Assembly: GCA_002269645.1 (NCBI GenBank)
Contig: NIVC01002708.1
Location: 1-64,000 of the forward strand
From: Macrostomum lignano
Taxonomy: Eukaryota
Direction of reading: 5' to 3'
Length of the DNA: 64,000 bases
Positions 1-12,566 of this stretch are shown here, in pieces (position 1 is the stretch's first letter; the number at the start of each line of letters is the position of its first letter). The notes beneath the pieces are model-generated. The model was not told where the DNA came from, made no database searches, and worked only from the letters and a program-made list of their open reading frames with translations. The position numbers and the translations under genes were made by a program.

Positions 1-112
1 AAATGAAGTGGCAAAGTTATGAATTCAATCGAAAACAGCGCAGACTCTATGGCCGCGCTGCCAACTTCTATGGACGAAATTAAATGACAATTTTATCAAA
101 CGAAAAATCCTA

Positions 113-750
113 TATTACTTGGTGTGGACGTATGGAAAGTTGCACTTGCATGAGTTTGGTGTCATTTGAAAGCGCAAGTCTCTTCTTTAAAATGACGATT
201 TTTCTCGCATGCATAAACTGTCTATGGCCAAATTCGATGCAGTAAATGAGAGGGGGCTGCCTCAGAAAACTAAGACTGCAGTTGCTGTGCTGAGTCAATA
301 ACAGTCTCGATCAATTGAGAGCGAGGTTAGGAGGGTCCTGCTGAACCAGATTCCCGAGAACTCTATACGCAGACGCCATCGACAAGATGCGAGACCGATG
401 GGAGAAGTGCGTCATGTCTGGTGGTGACTACGTTTAGAAAGACAACTCTGCCAACCGCGATGAGTGATTTTAACGTTGTTCGCTGTATAACAATTTTACT
501 TGTTATCACCTGTTTCTTACTGTGCTTTTGTTGTGTTTGTTTTGATTTTCTTGGAGTGATTAATAAAAGTTTTCTGCAGACACAGCTTGTGTAAGTCTAT
601 GACCGACCTTTCTCACTTAATTATTCATATCTATTGAAGCACATATTCAAATTCCTTGCAATTGTGTCATTTTAAAGAAGAGACTTGCCGCTTTCAAATG
701 ACACCAAACTCATGCAAGTGCAACTTCCCATACGTCCACACCGAGTAATA
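113..750 (+). mobile_element. Non-autonomous mariner-like element with about 84-bp inverted repeats and a degraded transposase C-terminus
   Basis: 113-196 is nearly the reverse complement of 666-750, with TA at the outer edges. Around 310-443 it encodes (with a frameshift and a stop) IESEVRRVLLNQIPEN/DAIDKMRDRWEKCVMSGGDYV*K, matching the mariner C-terminal RWxKCvxxxGDY motif. Confidence 0.7.
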
Positions 751-889
751 GTAACACTACCTTCCGGACGCTCCTCGTACAAAAGCAGTGACTTAAACCG
801 CTCTAAAATGACGAGATGTCGCGGTACAAGTCGCCAAGAAGTCGTCAAAGAGTCGCCTAAGGGTCAATTTTAAGGTTTTTATGTGTCTG

Positions 890-1268
890 CGACTCAGGGG
901 CCGTAGGGTCGTATCTGGGACGTGTCAGAGTCGCTGTAGAGTCACTGCGTTGCATTTAAAGTGCATCTGCGTCAATTAAATGAATGAGAATTGTACTTCC
1001 CATTTATATAACAACTCTATTAAGTTCACTTGAGTCAGTAGGAAGTTAAGCGCTAACATAACCATTTTCGGACAACTTTTTCGTAACTCTTTTACGATTC
1101 TGCCACTCACGCGATGCGATGGCTTGTGATTCAACAGTCGCCCCTCGGTCGCATTTTAAGTCGAAAGAGTCGTTAAAAAGTCACAAGAGTCGCCCCAGAG
1201 TCGCAGGTGGGTTCTTTGCAATGACCCTTCAGCGATTCTTGTCCCGTTTTCAACGTTTTCAACGGGAT
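890..1268 (+). repeat. Dispersed repeat copy (probable TE fragment); a second copy lies at 63160-63500 in the opposite orientation
   Basis: gtcgtatctgggacgtgtcagagtcgctgtagagtcactgcgttgc (about 909-953) and tttgcaatgacccttcagcga (about 1215-1235) match the reverse complement of about 63445-63490 and 63195-63217. Confidence 0.75.
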
Positions 1269-1604
1269 GGTAGAACGGATAGAGGTAGATAGAGAGGGAA
1301 TAGAAATAATTAGGCCAATTACAGGATTATAGCTCAAATAAGCTGTTTACAAAAAACAGCAATAAAATCTGCCTCGCACTGCATCGAGCAAAAGTACAAT
1401 GAATTAGAGAACGCAGGCTGTAAAAATGAAACGAAGTCTGAGTATGTTTACAGCTGCTGTTAGTTCAAAGAACCCTTCCCTCAGCATAGAAATTTAAATG
1501 TCCTAGCGTACTCAAAAACGTAGCACGTTTCACACTGCAAAATAACAAAATCCACCCCCGCTCCTAGACAGTCTACTATGAGTAGAAATGCAGGCTCAGC
1601 TCAC

Positions 1605-4600
1605 CTCGTGTCTCACTATAATGGTTGGCTGGCTGGACAAAAGCGGAGGCGTGGGATGGGCAGCGGAACTGGCAGCCACAGCCGGCGCCGGCGCAGCCTG
1701 ATGCTCTGGCTGCTGCTGCTGGAGGGACTGGCTAAGATTAAAACTCCAGCTGTTATTGGCTGTCCCAGTGCTGGGATTGGTAGAATTTGACAGCAGTCGC
1801 AGGAGCATGCCAAGCGTGTCAGTTCGATTAAGCGACTGCTGCTGCTGCTGCTGCTGCGACTGTTGCGACTGCTGCGACTGCTGCTGCTGTGAAGAAGTCG
1901 CTAACGGTACCGAAAGCATGGGATTGCCCAGCATGGATTGCCGCTGCTGTCCGAGGACGAGCCCTGGCTGCTGCCAACAGGCGGGGTGGTCAGCCCCGAG
2001 GCGCCGAATAGCAGCTGCTGAGCCTGCCGATGGCCCTCTAGCAAACCTTGAAGCAGCAGGGCCCCGTACTTGGCGTGGAAGGCTGATTGGAAGTGAAGGC
2101 CGATAAAATTCGAATTCTCTTCGTAGGAGAGAATGACTGTCTCGCAGCCAAAGAGCAGCTGCTGCTGCTGTGGAGGAGGCGGTGGAGGCGGCGCTGGCTG
2201 CGGCGCTGGCTGCGGCGGCGGAGTCGGGGGCACCGAGTCGTCCTCAGGCGGCAGGGGGCGCTTCGTTCCTGCCAGCTTGCTGCTCTGATGCTGCGTTTTC
2301 TTCATGTGCGAACAGCCGGCTGGGCAGCCGATCTGCTCTTGGCTGAGCAGCTCGCACACCTCGGCAATGAGATCGCGGTACGGCGAGGCCACGGCGCGGA
2401 CGCGGAAGGCGAATCGGCCGGCGAATTGCCAGTCGCCTCGGCCAGCCGGAGCGGCCTCCAGGCAGACGGTGACGCAGATGCCCTTCTTGCTGCCGCGGTC
2501 GACGTGCGAGCTGGGGCAGGTGATGGTCATCGGCACAGACACGTCAGCCTGGCTGCTGTCGGGGTGCACCGGCGGGCTGACGGTCAGCAGGCCCAGCACG
2601 CTGCTGTCTCCCAGGCAGACGTACTGGGCCGCTGATGTCAACAGCAGAAGAGCGGAATTGTAGTGCGCGGACAGCGACTCGGGGCCGCGCTGTGCGTACA
2701 CGGACCCGATTTTAGTCGGCAGCCGCCGGTTGCCGCTCTTCGAATTGGTGCCGTCATAGATGCCGCGCGCGTGGGCCTCGGCGCACTGGGCGCACTCGCG
2801 CAGGCTGGCCGACTTGTCGAAGATGAACACATTGAACACCATCCGGTATTGAAAGCGCCGATCGTAGCGGAAACTGCGGAATGAACATTGCTGCTCACAC
2901 TGTCACCTCACTCCCTGTACCCCTGCTCTCACTGCCACCTCACTCCCTGTACCCCTGCTCTCACTGTCACCTCACTCCCTGTACCCCTGCTCTCACTGTC
3001 ACCTCACTTCCTGTACCCTGCTCACACTGTCACCTCACTTCCTGTACCCCTGCTCTCACTGTCACCTCACTCCCTGTACCCCTGCTCACACTGTCACCTC
3101 ACTTCCTGTACCCCTGCTCACACTGTCACCTCACTCCCTGTATCCCTGCTCACACTGTCACCTCACTCCCTGTATCCCTGCTCACACTGCCACCTCACTC
3201 CCTGTATCCCTGCTCACACTGCCACCTCACTCCCTGTATCCCTGCTCACACTGCCACCTCACTCCCTGTACCCTGCTCACACTGCCACCTCACTCCCTGT
3301 ACCCTGCTCACACTGCCACCTCACTCCCTGTATCCCTGCTCTCACTGTTACCTCACTCCCTGTATCCCTGCTCACACTTTCACCTCACTCCCTGTATCCC
3401 TGCTCACACTGCCACCTCACTCCCTGTATCCCTGCTCTCACTGTCACCTCACTCCCTGTATCCCTGCTCACACTTTCACCTCACTCCCTGTATCCCTGCT
3501 CACATTGCCACCTCACTCCCTGTATCCCTGCTCACACTGCCACCTCACTCCCTGTATCCCTGCTCACACTGCCACCTCACTTCCTGTACCCCTGCTCACA
3601 CTGCCACCTCACTCCCTGTATCCCTGCTCACACTGCCACCTCACTCCCTGTATCCCTGCTCACACTGCCACCTCACTCCCTGTATCCCTGCTCTCACTGT
3701 TACCTCACTCCCTGTATCCCTGCTCACACTTTCACCTCACTCCCTGTACCCCTGCTCACACTGCCACCTCACTCCCTGTATCCCTGCTCACACTTTCACC
3801 TCACTCCCTGTATCCCTGCTCTCACTGTCACCTCACTCCCTGTATCCCTGCTCACACTTTCACCTCACTCCCTGTACCCCTGCTCACATTGCCACCTCAC
3901 TCCCTGTATCCCTGCTCACACTGCCACCTCACTCCCTGTATCCCTGCTCACACTGCCACCTCACTTCCTGTACCCTGCTCACACTGCCACCTCACTCCCT
4001 GTATCCCTGCTCACACTGCCACCTCACTCCCTGTATCCCTGCTCACACTGCCACCTCACTCCCTGTATCCCTGCTCACACTTTCACCTCACTCCCTGTAT
4101 CCCTGCTCACACTTTCACCTCACTCTCTGTACCCCTGCTCACACTGCCACCTCACTCCCTGTATCCCTGCTCACACTTTCACCTCACTCCCTGTATCCCT
4201 GCTCACACTGCCACCTCACTCCCTGTATCCCTGCTCTCACTGTTACCTCACTCCCTGTATCCCTGCTCACACTTTCACCTCACTCCCTGTACCCCTGCTC
4301 ACACTGCCACCTCACTCCCTGTATCCCTGCTCACACTTTCACCTCACTCCCTGTATCCCTGCTCACACTTTCACCTCACTCCCTGTACCCCTGCTCACAC
4401 TGCCACCTCACTCCCTGTATCCCTGCTCACACTTTCACCTCACTCCCTGTATCCCTGCTCACACTGCCACCTCACTCCCTGTATCCCTGCTTACACTGCC
4501 ACCTCACTCCCTGTATCCCTGCTCACACTGCCACCTCACTCCCTGTATCCAAGCTCAAAGGGTTACAAAAACTCTTTATATACAAGAATACCTGGCCACC

Positions 4601-4904
4601 AGAGACACCTCGTCCATTGGTTTTAGCCAAAGTGTGGGTATCACATCCGGGTGCTTGAGTATCTGGCAGTGAGCGGAGGCCGTGGCGCTGACAAGAGCCT
4701 CCTGGATCAGGGCCTGGTCCTGCGCTGACCAGCCCACAAAACAGTGCGGCACGCTGCTGCTCTTATTAAACCGATCGTGCAGCGTGGCACCCAGACTGGC
4801 CCGATTCTTAATGTCCACCCGGAACTCGTAGCTGCCGGGGTCGTCCGCTGTTTTGAAATATTCCTCACAGTTGGCATGCATGCTGACGTGCTCTCTTTGC
4901 CCTT
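1605..4904 (-). CDS. TP53-like: Divergent p53-family transcription factor (partial; exons 4904-4592 and 2873-1605, apparent 1-bp frameshift at about 1935)
   Basis: Phase-2 GT-AG intron 4591-2874 joins the two exons. By-eye matches to human p53: PGSYEFRV to GSYGFRL; CAEAH to CPHH; CPSSHVDRGSKKGICVTVCLE to [21 protein letters not shown] (ungapped); GRFAFRVRAVASPYRD to GRNSFEVRVCACPGRD (9/16 identical); GTKRPLP to STKRALP. A GTGAG donor at 1604 implies further exons to the left. Confidence 0.72.
2885..4550. repeat. Intronic minisatellite, about 32-bp unit (ctgctcacactgccacctcactccctgtatcc), roughly 50 copies
   Basis: Directly visible tandem array. It produces the spurious 581-aa and 594-aa ORFs. 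Confidence 0.97.
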
Positions 4905-5594
4905 CTAGTTAATAGCAAGACAGAGATTAGGCTGGACAGAGATTAGGCTGTTTTGAAGGTCATTAAGAAAGCCAAAATTTGCTCTACACGATGCTCTACG
5001 CGATGAACGCGTTAATAAATACGGTATTATGGCTGTTGCTATGCGAACATTTGATGTTGCTAGGCTAAAACGGCTGTTGCTATGCGAACATTGATGTTGC
5101 TAAGCTAATATTGATGTTGCTATGCTAGTTATCATATTTGCATGCAATGAATTTCAATAAAAAATAATGACACGTTAATTACTAACAACTTCTAGCTCCT
5201 GTATAAGAAATAAGGAACATCTAATTAGATTACTCTAAATAGTCAGAAAGAGTAACTCAAATTCAGTAAAAATTTATTTTTAAAAAGCTATGCAAATTTC
5301 TATGAAATTTTTATTTCATTAAAATATAGCTCGAATATAATTGAATCAATGTATCAAAGTTGCCAGCAAAGACCAGCATGACCGTTGATAAAATACTTTG
5401 CTTTATTGGCATTGCACGCAGATAAGTTAGTTATTTTTCTGAAATGAAAATCAGAATACAGTGATTATCATAAAATCATTCTAATCATAATTTAATCAAA
5501 GAATGAGTGACAAATTGAGAAATGTTGAAAATGGCAACACACGAAATCTGTTAAATCGTATGCAACAACATAGCAATATGCAACTCCAGCAGCC

Positions 5595-5840
5595 TTGTTG
5601 CTAAGCTACCATCCCAGTTGCTAAGCTACCAACCCAGCTGCTAAGCTACCAACCCTGTTGCTAAGCTACCAACCCAGTTGCTAACCCGCCAACGCAGTTG
5701 CTAAGCTACCATCCCAGTTGCTAAGCTACCATCCCAGTTGCTAAGCTACCATCCCAGTTGCTAAGCTACCAACACAGTTGCTAAGCTACCAACACAGTTG
5801 CTAACCCGCCAACGCAGTTGCTAAGCTACCATCCCAGTTT
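5595..5840. repeat. Minisatellite, 20-bp unit (gttgctaagctaccatccca)
   Basis: About 12 tandem copies. Confidence 0.95.
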
Positions 5841-5929
5841 CTTAAGTTAAAAATTCCGTTGCTACATGAAATCTAAAATGTATGTTTCTATGGTAAATTG
5901 GCTTGACCACTCGCGTCAATAAACAATGC

Positions 5930-7381
5930 CTATAGCTCAAACAGGGCAGCCTGTGGCACTTGTCCGCGCAAAGCGTCGCGAATCTGGTCCAAGCAGAGCC
6001 GCTGCATACTCAGCCGAGTCTGGCTCGTATGCGTGCCAAAGTGCGGCGTCACCCAGACGTTCAACCGGCTGTCGGACAGCAGCGGATGCTCGGCCGGCAG
6101 CGGCTCCGGCTCGGTGACGTCCAGCCCGGCAGCGGCGATGACGCCGGAGCGTAGGGCAGTCAGCAGAGCCTCCGTGTCGACGAGGCCGCCGCGGGCCACA
6201 TTGATGAGGGTCGCAGTCGACCGCATCAGCCGCAGAGTGTCGGCATTGATCATGTGCCGCGTGTCCGGGCCGAGCGGACAGGCCAGCACTACGAAATCGC
6301 AGCGTGGCAGCAGGTCGGCCAGGCTGGCGCAGTACTGCAGCTGGCCGCCGAGCTCCAACTCGAGCTGCGGCTCGGCCCGGCGGCGCTGATAATAGTACAA
6401 TCGGCAGCCGAAGCCCAGGCCGCAGCGGCGTGCTACGCAGCGGCCGATAGCGCCGAGGCCGACGATGCCGACGGTGGCGCCGGCGAGGTCGTTGCCAAGC
6501 GGCACAGCGGAACCGCCCCAGCTGGGCTGCTGGCCGGCCGGGGTGCGAATGTGTTCGAATACCTGGCGCTGACTGCGGGCCGTGTTCAGAATGTGCAGCA
6601 GGGCGGCGTCGGCGGTGGACTCGGCTATAACGCCGGGCGTGTGCGTTACTAGGATACGGCGAGATCTGCAAATAAAAATGCAGATAAGAGTTTTCTTGAG
6701 AATTTATCTAATTCTTACAAACGATGGAAACACAACTGGCAGTGCCGTAGCAGCAGGACTATCAAGGAGAGAATCAGTAGCAGGCTAGTAGAATTCACGG
6801 ATGCAGGGATAGACCTAGACGGGAAACTTGATTTCTAAGAAAATCTTTTTTGAAGGCTGACATTTCGCGGAAATGCACTACCGAGAGATGCTCATTTCAA
6901 ATGCAGAGGCATGAAAGGCACCAAAACAGGTATTAGGGCACCAAAACAGGCATTAGGGCACCAAAACAGGCATTAGGGCACCAAAACAGGCATTAGGGCA
7001 CCAAAACAGGTACTAGGGCACCAAAACAAGCATAGAGGTATTTAAATCAGGCATTAGAGGAGCGAAAATATCCATAAATTGATTTATAAACAGATTGAGG
7101 TGTATTTCTCACCTAAACATCTCCTGATTGATGTGCTCAACTCCAACGCCGTGATTGGCTGCAATTTTCAAATTCGGCAGCCGATCCAGCACTTCGGGGC
7201 AATCAATATAATTGGCCACCACGCAGATGACAGCGGCCGAGATTTCCGGCCACTGCCGCTGCGGCTCTGACTCAAATTCGTCAGTTGTCACTAAGCGAAA
7301 ATGGCGCCCAGCTTCGGCTAGGAATTCGGGCAACAATAAGCCGCTCCGCTTGGGGATGAGCAGGCCGGGCAGCTCAGCCAT
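5930..7381 (-). CDS. GRHPR-like: D-isomer-specific 2-hydroxyacid dehydrogenase (glyoxylate/hydroxypyruvate reductase-like); exons 7381-7113 and 6665-5930
   Basis: LPNLKIAANHGVGVEHI; phase-2 GT-AG intron gives ...EMFR/SRRILVTHTPGVIAESTADAA; Rossmann GIVGLGAIG; DFVVLACPL; LINVARGGLVD; AGLDVTEPEPLP; TPH catalytic His. ATG placed at 7381 because the ORF-track start at 7423 is TTG. Confidence 0.92.
6915..7030. repeat. Intronic minisatellite, 20-bp unit (ggcaccaaaacaggcattag)
   Basis: About 6 copies inside the dehydrogenase intron. Confidence 0.9.
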
Positions 7382-7654
7382 CTGCGGACATGCACCGACA
7401 AACAAGTTGTTGTGGCGTGACAAATTTTAAATAACATTTATTTTATATATATTATATTACTCTCAGGCATTTTCTAGTGTTTCTACTACAAGTAGGGTAG
7501 CTAAAAACGTCAATTATAATAATATCGGGCGGCCAAACCCAATTACTCCAAAACTAAGCTGACATCCCATCTGAGTTCCACTTATTGTTAAAATTAATTG
7601 CCAATTTTTGGCATATAAGATTGGCTAGGATAAAAATATTTCTACAACATCATC

Positions 7655-8330
7655 CATGGGATGGCCAATATTTGCCATAGACATTGACAGCTCTCACTTA
7701 CCCAATGGGATAGCAAATATTTGCCATAAAGATTGACAACTCTCATTTTACCCAACGGGATGGCCAATTTTGCCATAGACATTGACAGCTCTCATTTACC
7801 CAATGGGATAGCCAATATTTGCCATAAAGATTGACAACTCTCATTTTACCCAACGGGATGGCCAATTTTGCCATAGACATTGACAGATCTCATTTACCCA
7901 ATGGGATAGCCAAGATTTGCCATAGACATTGACAGCTCTCATTTACCCAATGGGATAGCCAATAATTGCCATAAAGATTGGACAACTCTCATTTACCCAA
8001 TGGGATAGCCAACATTTGCCATAGACATTGACAGCTCTCATTTATCCCCATGGGATGGCCAATATTTGCCATAGACATTGACAGCTCTCATTTACCCAAT
8101 GGGATAGCCAATATTTGCCATTGACATTGACAGCTCTCAGTTACCCTATGGGATGGCCAATATTTGCCATAGACATTGACAGCTCTCAGTTATCCAATGG
8201 GATGGCCGAGATTTGCTATAGACATTGACAGCTCTCATTTACCCAAATGAATGGCCAAGATTTGCCATAGACATGGACAGCTTTCATTTATCCCCATGGG
8301 ATGGCCAAGATTTGCCATAGACATTTATTT
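7655..8330. repeat. Minisatellite, about 49-bp unit (tttgccatagacattgacagctctcatttacccaatgggatagccaata)
   Basis: About 14 degenerate tandem copies. Confidence 0.95.
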
Positions 8331-9204
8331 ACTTCCATGGGAACTATACATACTCATACACAGCTTTTAACACTACAAATTAAAAGAATGGAAGTCAGCA
8401 GTTAATGCTAGGTTTGAAAATGTCAGACATTTCTTCTTGTACAAAGCGCGCCTGACACTTGCATTTTATTGACTGAAAAAATCTAACAACACGGCGAGTT
8501 AAATAAAACGAACGCTGTCACAAGAACACAAATAGGTGAAAAGAAACAATTTCTGTAAAAATGGGAAAAAAGAAACAAGCATAAACAATAAGAAATGAGC
8601 ATTTTCATAAGCACAGTAGGACTATTAATACCAAAAACTCCGTTCGCATGCTATGAAACATGGAATTTCTAATGAAATAAACGGAGAGCTATAAGTAGTA
8701 TATGACGATTACAAAATAGCCAACTAAACTCTATCGAGAGATTGTTTAAACATAATAACTACATTATTTAGATAATCTACCAGGTGAAAAAGATGATAAA
8801 ATAAAAATGCTTCAACGCAGCGCTTTAAAACATAAATTATGTGCGATACGTGTTTTGTTCAGCAATTCTTTTTTTATTATTACAAAGTACGGCAAGACAT
8901 CAATCGGCAACGACACTTGCGAATGCGCAAATAATATTGACAATGCAAAATGCAAAATCTGTGTTTTGGCTCAAGCAGCTGACGAGTGAAATTAGCACCT
9001 TTTCAAGACTAATATTGCTTGCAGTCTTGTAAAAAGTCATAAAATATTTAATGATATGAAATGACATCACATATTTAATAATTAATAAAGGAGCAAAGGC
9101 AGAGTTTCCCAGCACTTTTTTTACAGTGGTGAGCATTCTTGTAGGGCTTGGGAAGTAAATTGGATTGAAACGTAAGTAAAAAAGTAAAAGCAATTAAGGG
9201 GCTG

Positions 9205-9600
9205 TCAGGGGGTGTGTACATTGAAGTGGTGGGCTGCCAAGGGCGTGTGTACATTGGGGTGGTGGGCTGCCAAGGGCGTGTGTACATTGGGGTGGTGGGT
9301 TGCCATGGGTGTGTACATTGGAGTTGTGGGCTGCCAAGGGTGTGTACATTGGAGTTGTGGGCTGCCAAGGGCGTGTGTACATTGGGGTGGTGGGCTGCCA
9401 AGGGTGTGTACATTGGGGTGGTGGGCTGCCAAGGGTGTGTACATTGGGGTGGTGGGTTGCCAAGGGCGTGTACATTGGGGTGGTGGGCTGCCAAGGGTGT
9501 GTACATTGGGGTGGTGGGCTGCCAAGGGCGTGTACATTGGGGTGGTGGGCTGCCAAGGGTGTGTGTACATTGGGGTGGTGGGCTGTCAAGGGCATGTGTA
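9205..9600. repeat. Minisatellite, 31-33-bp unit (gtgtacattggggtggtgggctgccaagggc)
   Basis: About 12 tandem copies; explains the overlapping ORFs on both strands. Confidence 0.95.
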
Positions 9601-10214
9601 CTTCGATCGGGAAAAGGAATGACTAGTTGGGAACTTACCTAGAAATTATAATAGAGATAGGGGTCGGCTTTAATTGTACAGGGATACAAGATACAAGAAT
9701 CGCCGATATTAAAAAACTAATTAAAATTCAACATTCCTTTTATATAGCTCGTAATACAATGGAAAATATTAACAGCGATAATAGACCCTGAAAACCGTAG
9801 TGAAGTTGAAAGTAACACGGTAAAAATATGATAAATTACAAACAGTTATAAAGAACAGCAAGCTAAAAAATCATAATAAATGCTATTTTTGATCATCTTG
9901 AATAACAACGATGCATTCAGCCAAATGGGAACATGAAAATAATATTTAAAGTACAAACATTCGGTAAGAATTTTTTTTCGATTTTTTGCTATTTGCTTTC
10001 TTAAACAAAAAAATTCAAATATATGAACAGCAAACATCGCCTGGAAAATAGAACTTCGAACGCGCCAAAAGAATAGAGAAAACGTTTGCTTTACGCTACT
10101 TAGAGTGAGCGTCTGGTTTATGGAAAACGGCATAGCAAAATCAAGCACACAAATACTTGAGCGCAGTGCAAAAATACCAAATCTGTAGCTAAGACACGTG
10201 GCGCAGAACAGCAG

Positions 10215-10552
10215 ACTCAGATGGGAATCAGACTGGGGAACAAGGCGGAGTGACGGGGAATCAGACTGGGGAGCAAGGCAGAGTGACGGGGAAGCAGACT
10301 GGGGGAGCAGGGCGGAGTGACGGGGAATCAGACTGGGGGAGCAGGGCGGAGTGACGGGGAATCAGACTGGGGAACAAGGCGGAGTGACGGGGAATCAGAC
10401 TGGGGAGCAAGGCAGAGTGACGGGGAATCAGACTGGGGGAGCAGGGCGGAGTGACGGGGAATCAGACTGGGGAACAAGGCGGAGTGACGGGGAATCAGAC
10501 TGGGGAACAAGGCGGAGTGACGGGGAATCAGACTGGGGGAGCAGGGCGGAGT
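10215..10552. repeat. Minisatellite, 33-34-bp unit (gagtgacggggaatcagactggggaacaaggcg)
   Basis: About 10 tandem copies. Confidence 0.95.
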
Positions 10553-11364
10553 TTTGAGCAAAAGCAGACAGCAAAGTGAAGCGAATGAACAGGTCTGAGC
10601 CAAATTGACAAAACAAGCAAAACAGTAACACAAAAACAAGGCAAAAAGATCACGGGGCTGACGGGGTAACAGTTAAAGTGCACATCGGTTAATTAGCGCA
10701 ATAACGAATAGAGAAAGTCAACTAGAAAAAACGATTTAAAATAAAAATCTAAACTATAGCCTAGATGATAGGGACAGAGCGGCACAACCGAGGATATCAG
10801 AAAAAATTACCTAACGAGAGACCTTAGCTAGTATCCAAGTCCAGCAAAAATGCCCGCCATGGCCGCCAATTCACGACACAGTTTAAAGCTATGAAAAATT
10901 AGGAAAATAAAATTTAAACAATCTTAAAGTATGCAAAAACAGTGTTAACTAAATATTAAGAGGCTCTATAAGCAGATCGTTTTAAACAAACAGTGAATAG
11001 CTTTAGGATTAGCTGGGCCAACACAAACATATTGTGCTCAGGTTCATGCAGACGGCACAGTTGGCACAAGGACCTGCCTGACATTGGGAGGAGAAAAATG
11101 AGAAAAACTGCCATAATTCAACACACCTAAGTCATGTTAAAGTACCAACCCCCAGTACCAATATTAATATTATTAGGATCTTTTGGAAAACACAGCGCTA
11201 CAAGCAGCTGATTGCTGCTCTGCTAATATTAACCATTAACTGCAGCGACCGTAACAAGGATTTCAACTAACAAGCATAAACTCAAACGACTCGTCAATAG
11301 TAGATTATTAGAAATTGGCTTGGCCAGGCTGACTTTGAGAATGAATTCAAAAAATTGTCTGACT

Positions 11365-11431
11365 CAGACAGACAGACAGACACTAAGACACACAGAGAAT
11401 GACAGAAAGACAGACAGACAGACAGACACTA

Positions 11432-11468
<37 letters not shown>

Positions 11469-11471
11469 CTA

Positions 11472-11538
<67 letters not shown>

Positions 11539-11585
11539 GAGAGGGAGACAGACAGAAAGAAAGACAGAAATACAGAAATACAGAG
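11365..11585. repeat. (CAGA)n microsatellite
   Basis: Direct inspection. Confidence 0.97.
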
Positions 11586-11767
11586 ACACAAACGTTAACA
11601 TGGGCTGTCAGTCTTGAATATGCTTTTTACCCCTCTGTATTCGGATACAAAAAGCAAATGCTAGATAAGTACAAATAAAAAAGCTACGGTGGGCATTCAA
11701 TTTTATCGCAATTTTTCTCCCCAATATTTGGGCCATGAACCAACCGTGGCGGGCACTGGAAGCGAAA

Positions 11768-12566
11768 TCAGTGCGACCGGAGGCGGCCGCTGACAGTCGA
11801 GACGGAGGATGCCGACATTAGAGAGCCACCGCTGGCGCCAACGCTGACACTGAGGTTGCGACTGGCGCCGTCGCCGCCGCCGGAGCCGCGCCGAGTCACG
11901 GAGACGCGCAACGCTCTACGACTGGCTGCTGGCTGCTGCTGCTGCTGTTTCAATTGCTTGAGATTCTGCTTCCGCTGTTGCTGGTGCCTAGTCAGTTGAG
12001 GATCACTAGCCCTGCTGGGAACCATAGCAACGGCTGAGGAGTCGCCGCGACAATTATCGAACAGTTGCAGCGGCGGTGGCGGCGGCGGCGACGAGGAAGA
12101 AGACGACGACGGCGCGTGCGGCTGGTGCAGCGGCGGCGGGGATGAGGAGGAGTCCAGCGGGCCGAGCAGCGAGGCGATGTCAGCCAGGTCGGCGGCGCAG
12201 TCAACACTGTCGGAAGCCGGGGGCAGCTGGAACAGGTCGGCTGGCAGCAGCGACATGAGGTCGGAGGAGAGCTCACCGGACAGCTGGTCGGCGCCATCGA
12301 CGGTTAGCTGGCTAAGCGACGATTCTGTAGCTGCTGGGGGCGTCGGCGTCGGCGGCGGCAGGGACGCCGATTCGCTAACTGGCGGCGTCGGGGCTGTATT
12401 GAATGGAAAATAAAAAATCATATAGTTTAATCATAACACAGATCGCCTACTGAAAAGTAGCGAGAAAAGAATTTTAAGCAACTGTTTTATAGTCTGTACA
12501 AAAAGTATATATCTACATCATTTGCCGCAAACAAAATTAGAACAAACCCGGGAGCTTGTCCGGCAT
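11768..12566 (-). CDS. Hypothetical Pro/Ser/Gln-rich protein with an acidic segment; proposed exons 12566-12548 (MPDKLP) and 12393-11768
   Basis: GC-rich open frame with an acceptor aatacag at 12394. A phase-1 donor (ccgg|gtttgt at 12547) matches it, and ctaaccag precedes the ATG. No recognisable domain. Confidence 0.5.

Noticed and set aside
2881-4672. 581-aa and 594-aa plus-strand ORFs
   Set aside because: They are translations of a stop-free 32-bp minisatellite inside a minus-strand intron.
5926-6788. Alternative-frame and antisense ORFs over GC-rich exons (also at 2087-2884, 13.6-14.9 kb, 61.4-62.9 kb)
   Set aside because: They are shadows of real coding sequence with high GC3 and have no independent motifs.
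5930-7381. Bacterial contamination or recent horizontal transfer of the GC-rich dehydrogenase
   Set aside because: It has a canonical spliceosomal intron and the same composition as neighbouring host exons; similar enzymes occur in animals.
8807-9193. AT-rich ORFs upstream of the dehydrogenase
   Set aside because: No splice signals or recognisable motifs; possibly a decayed TE but unsupported.
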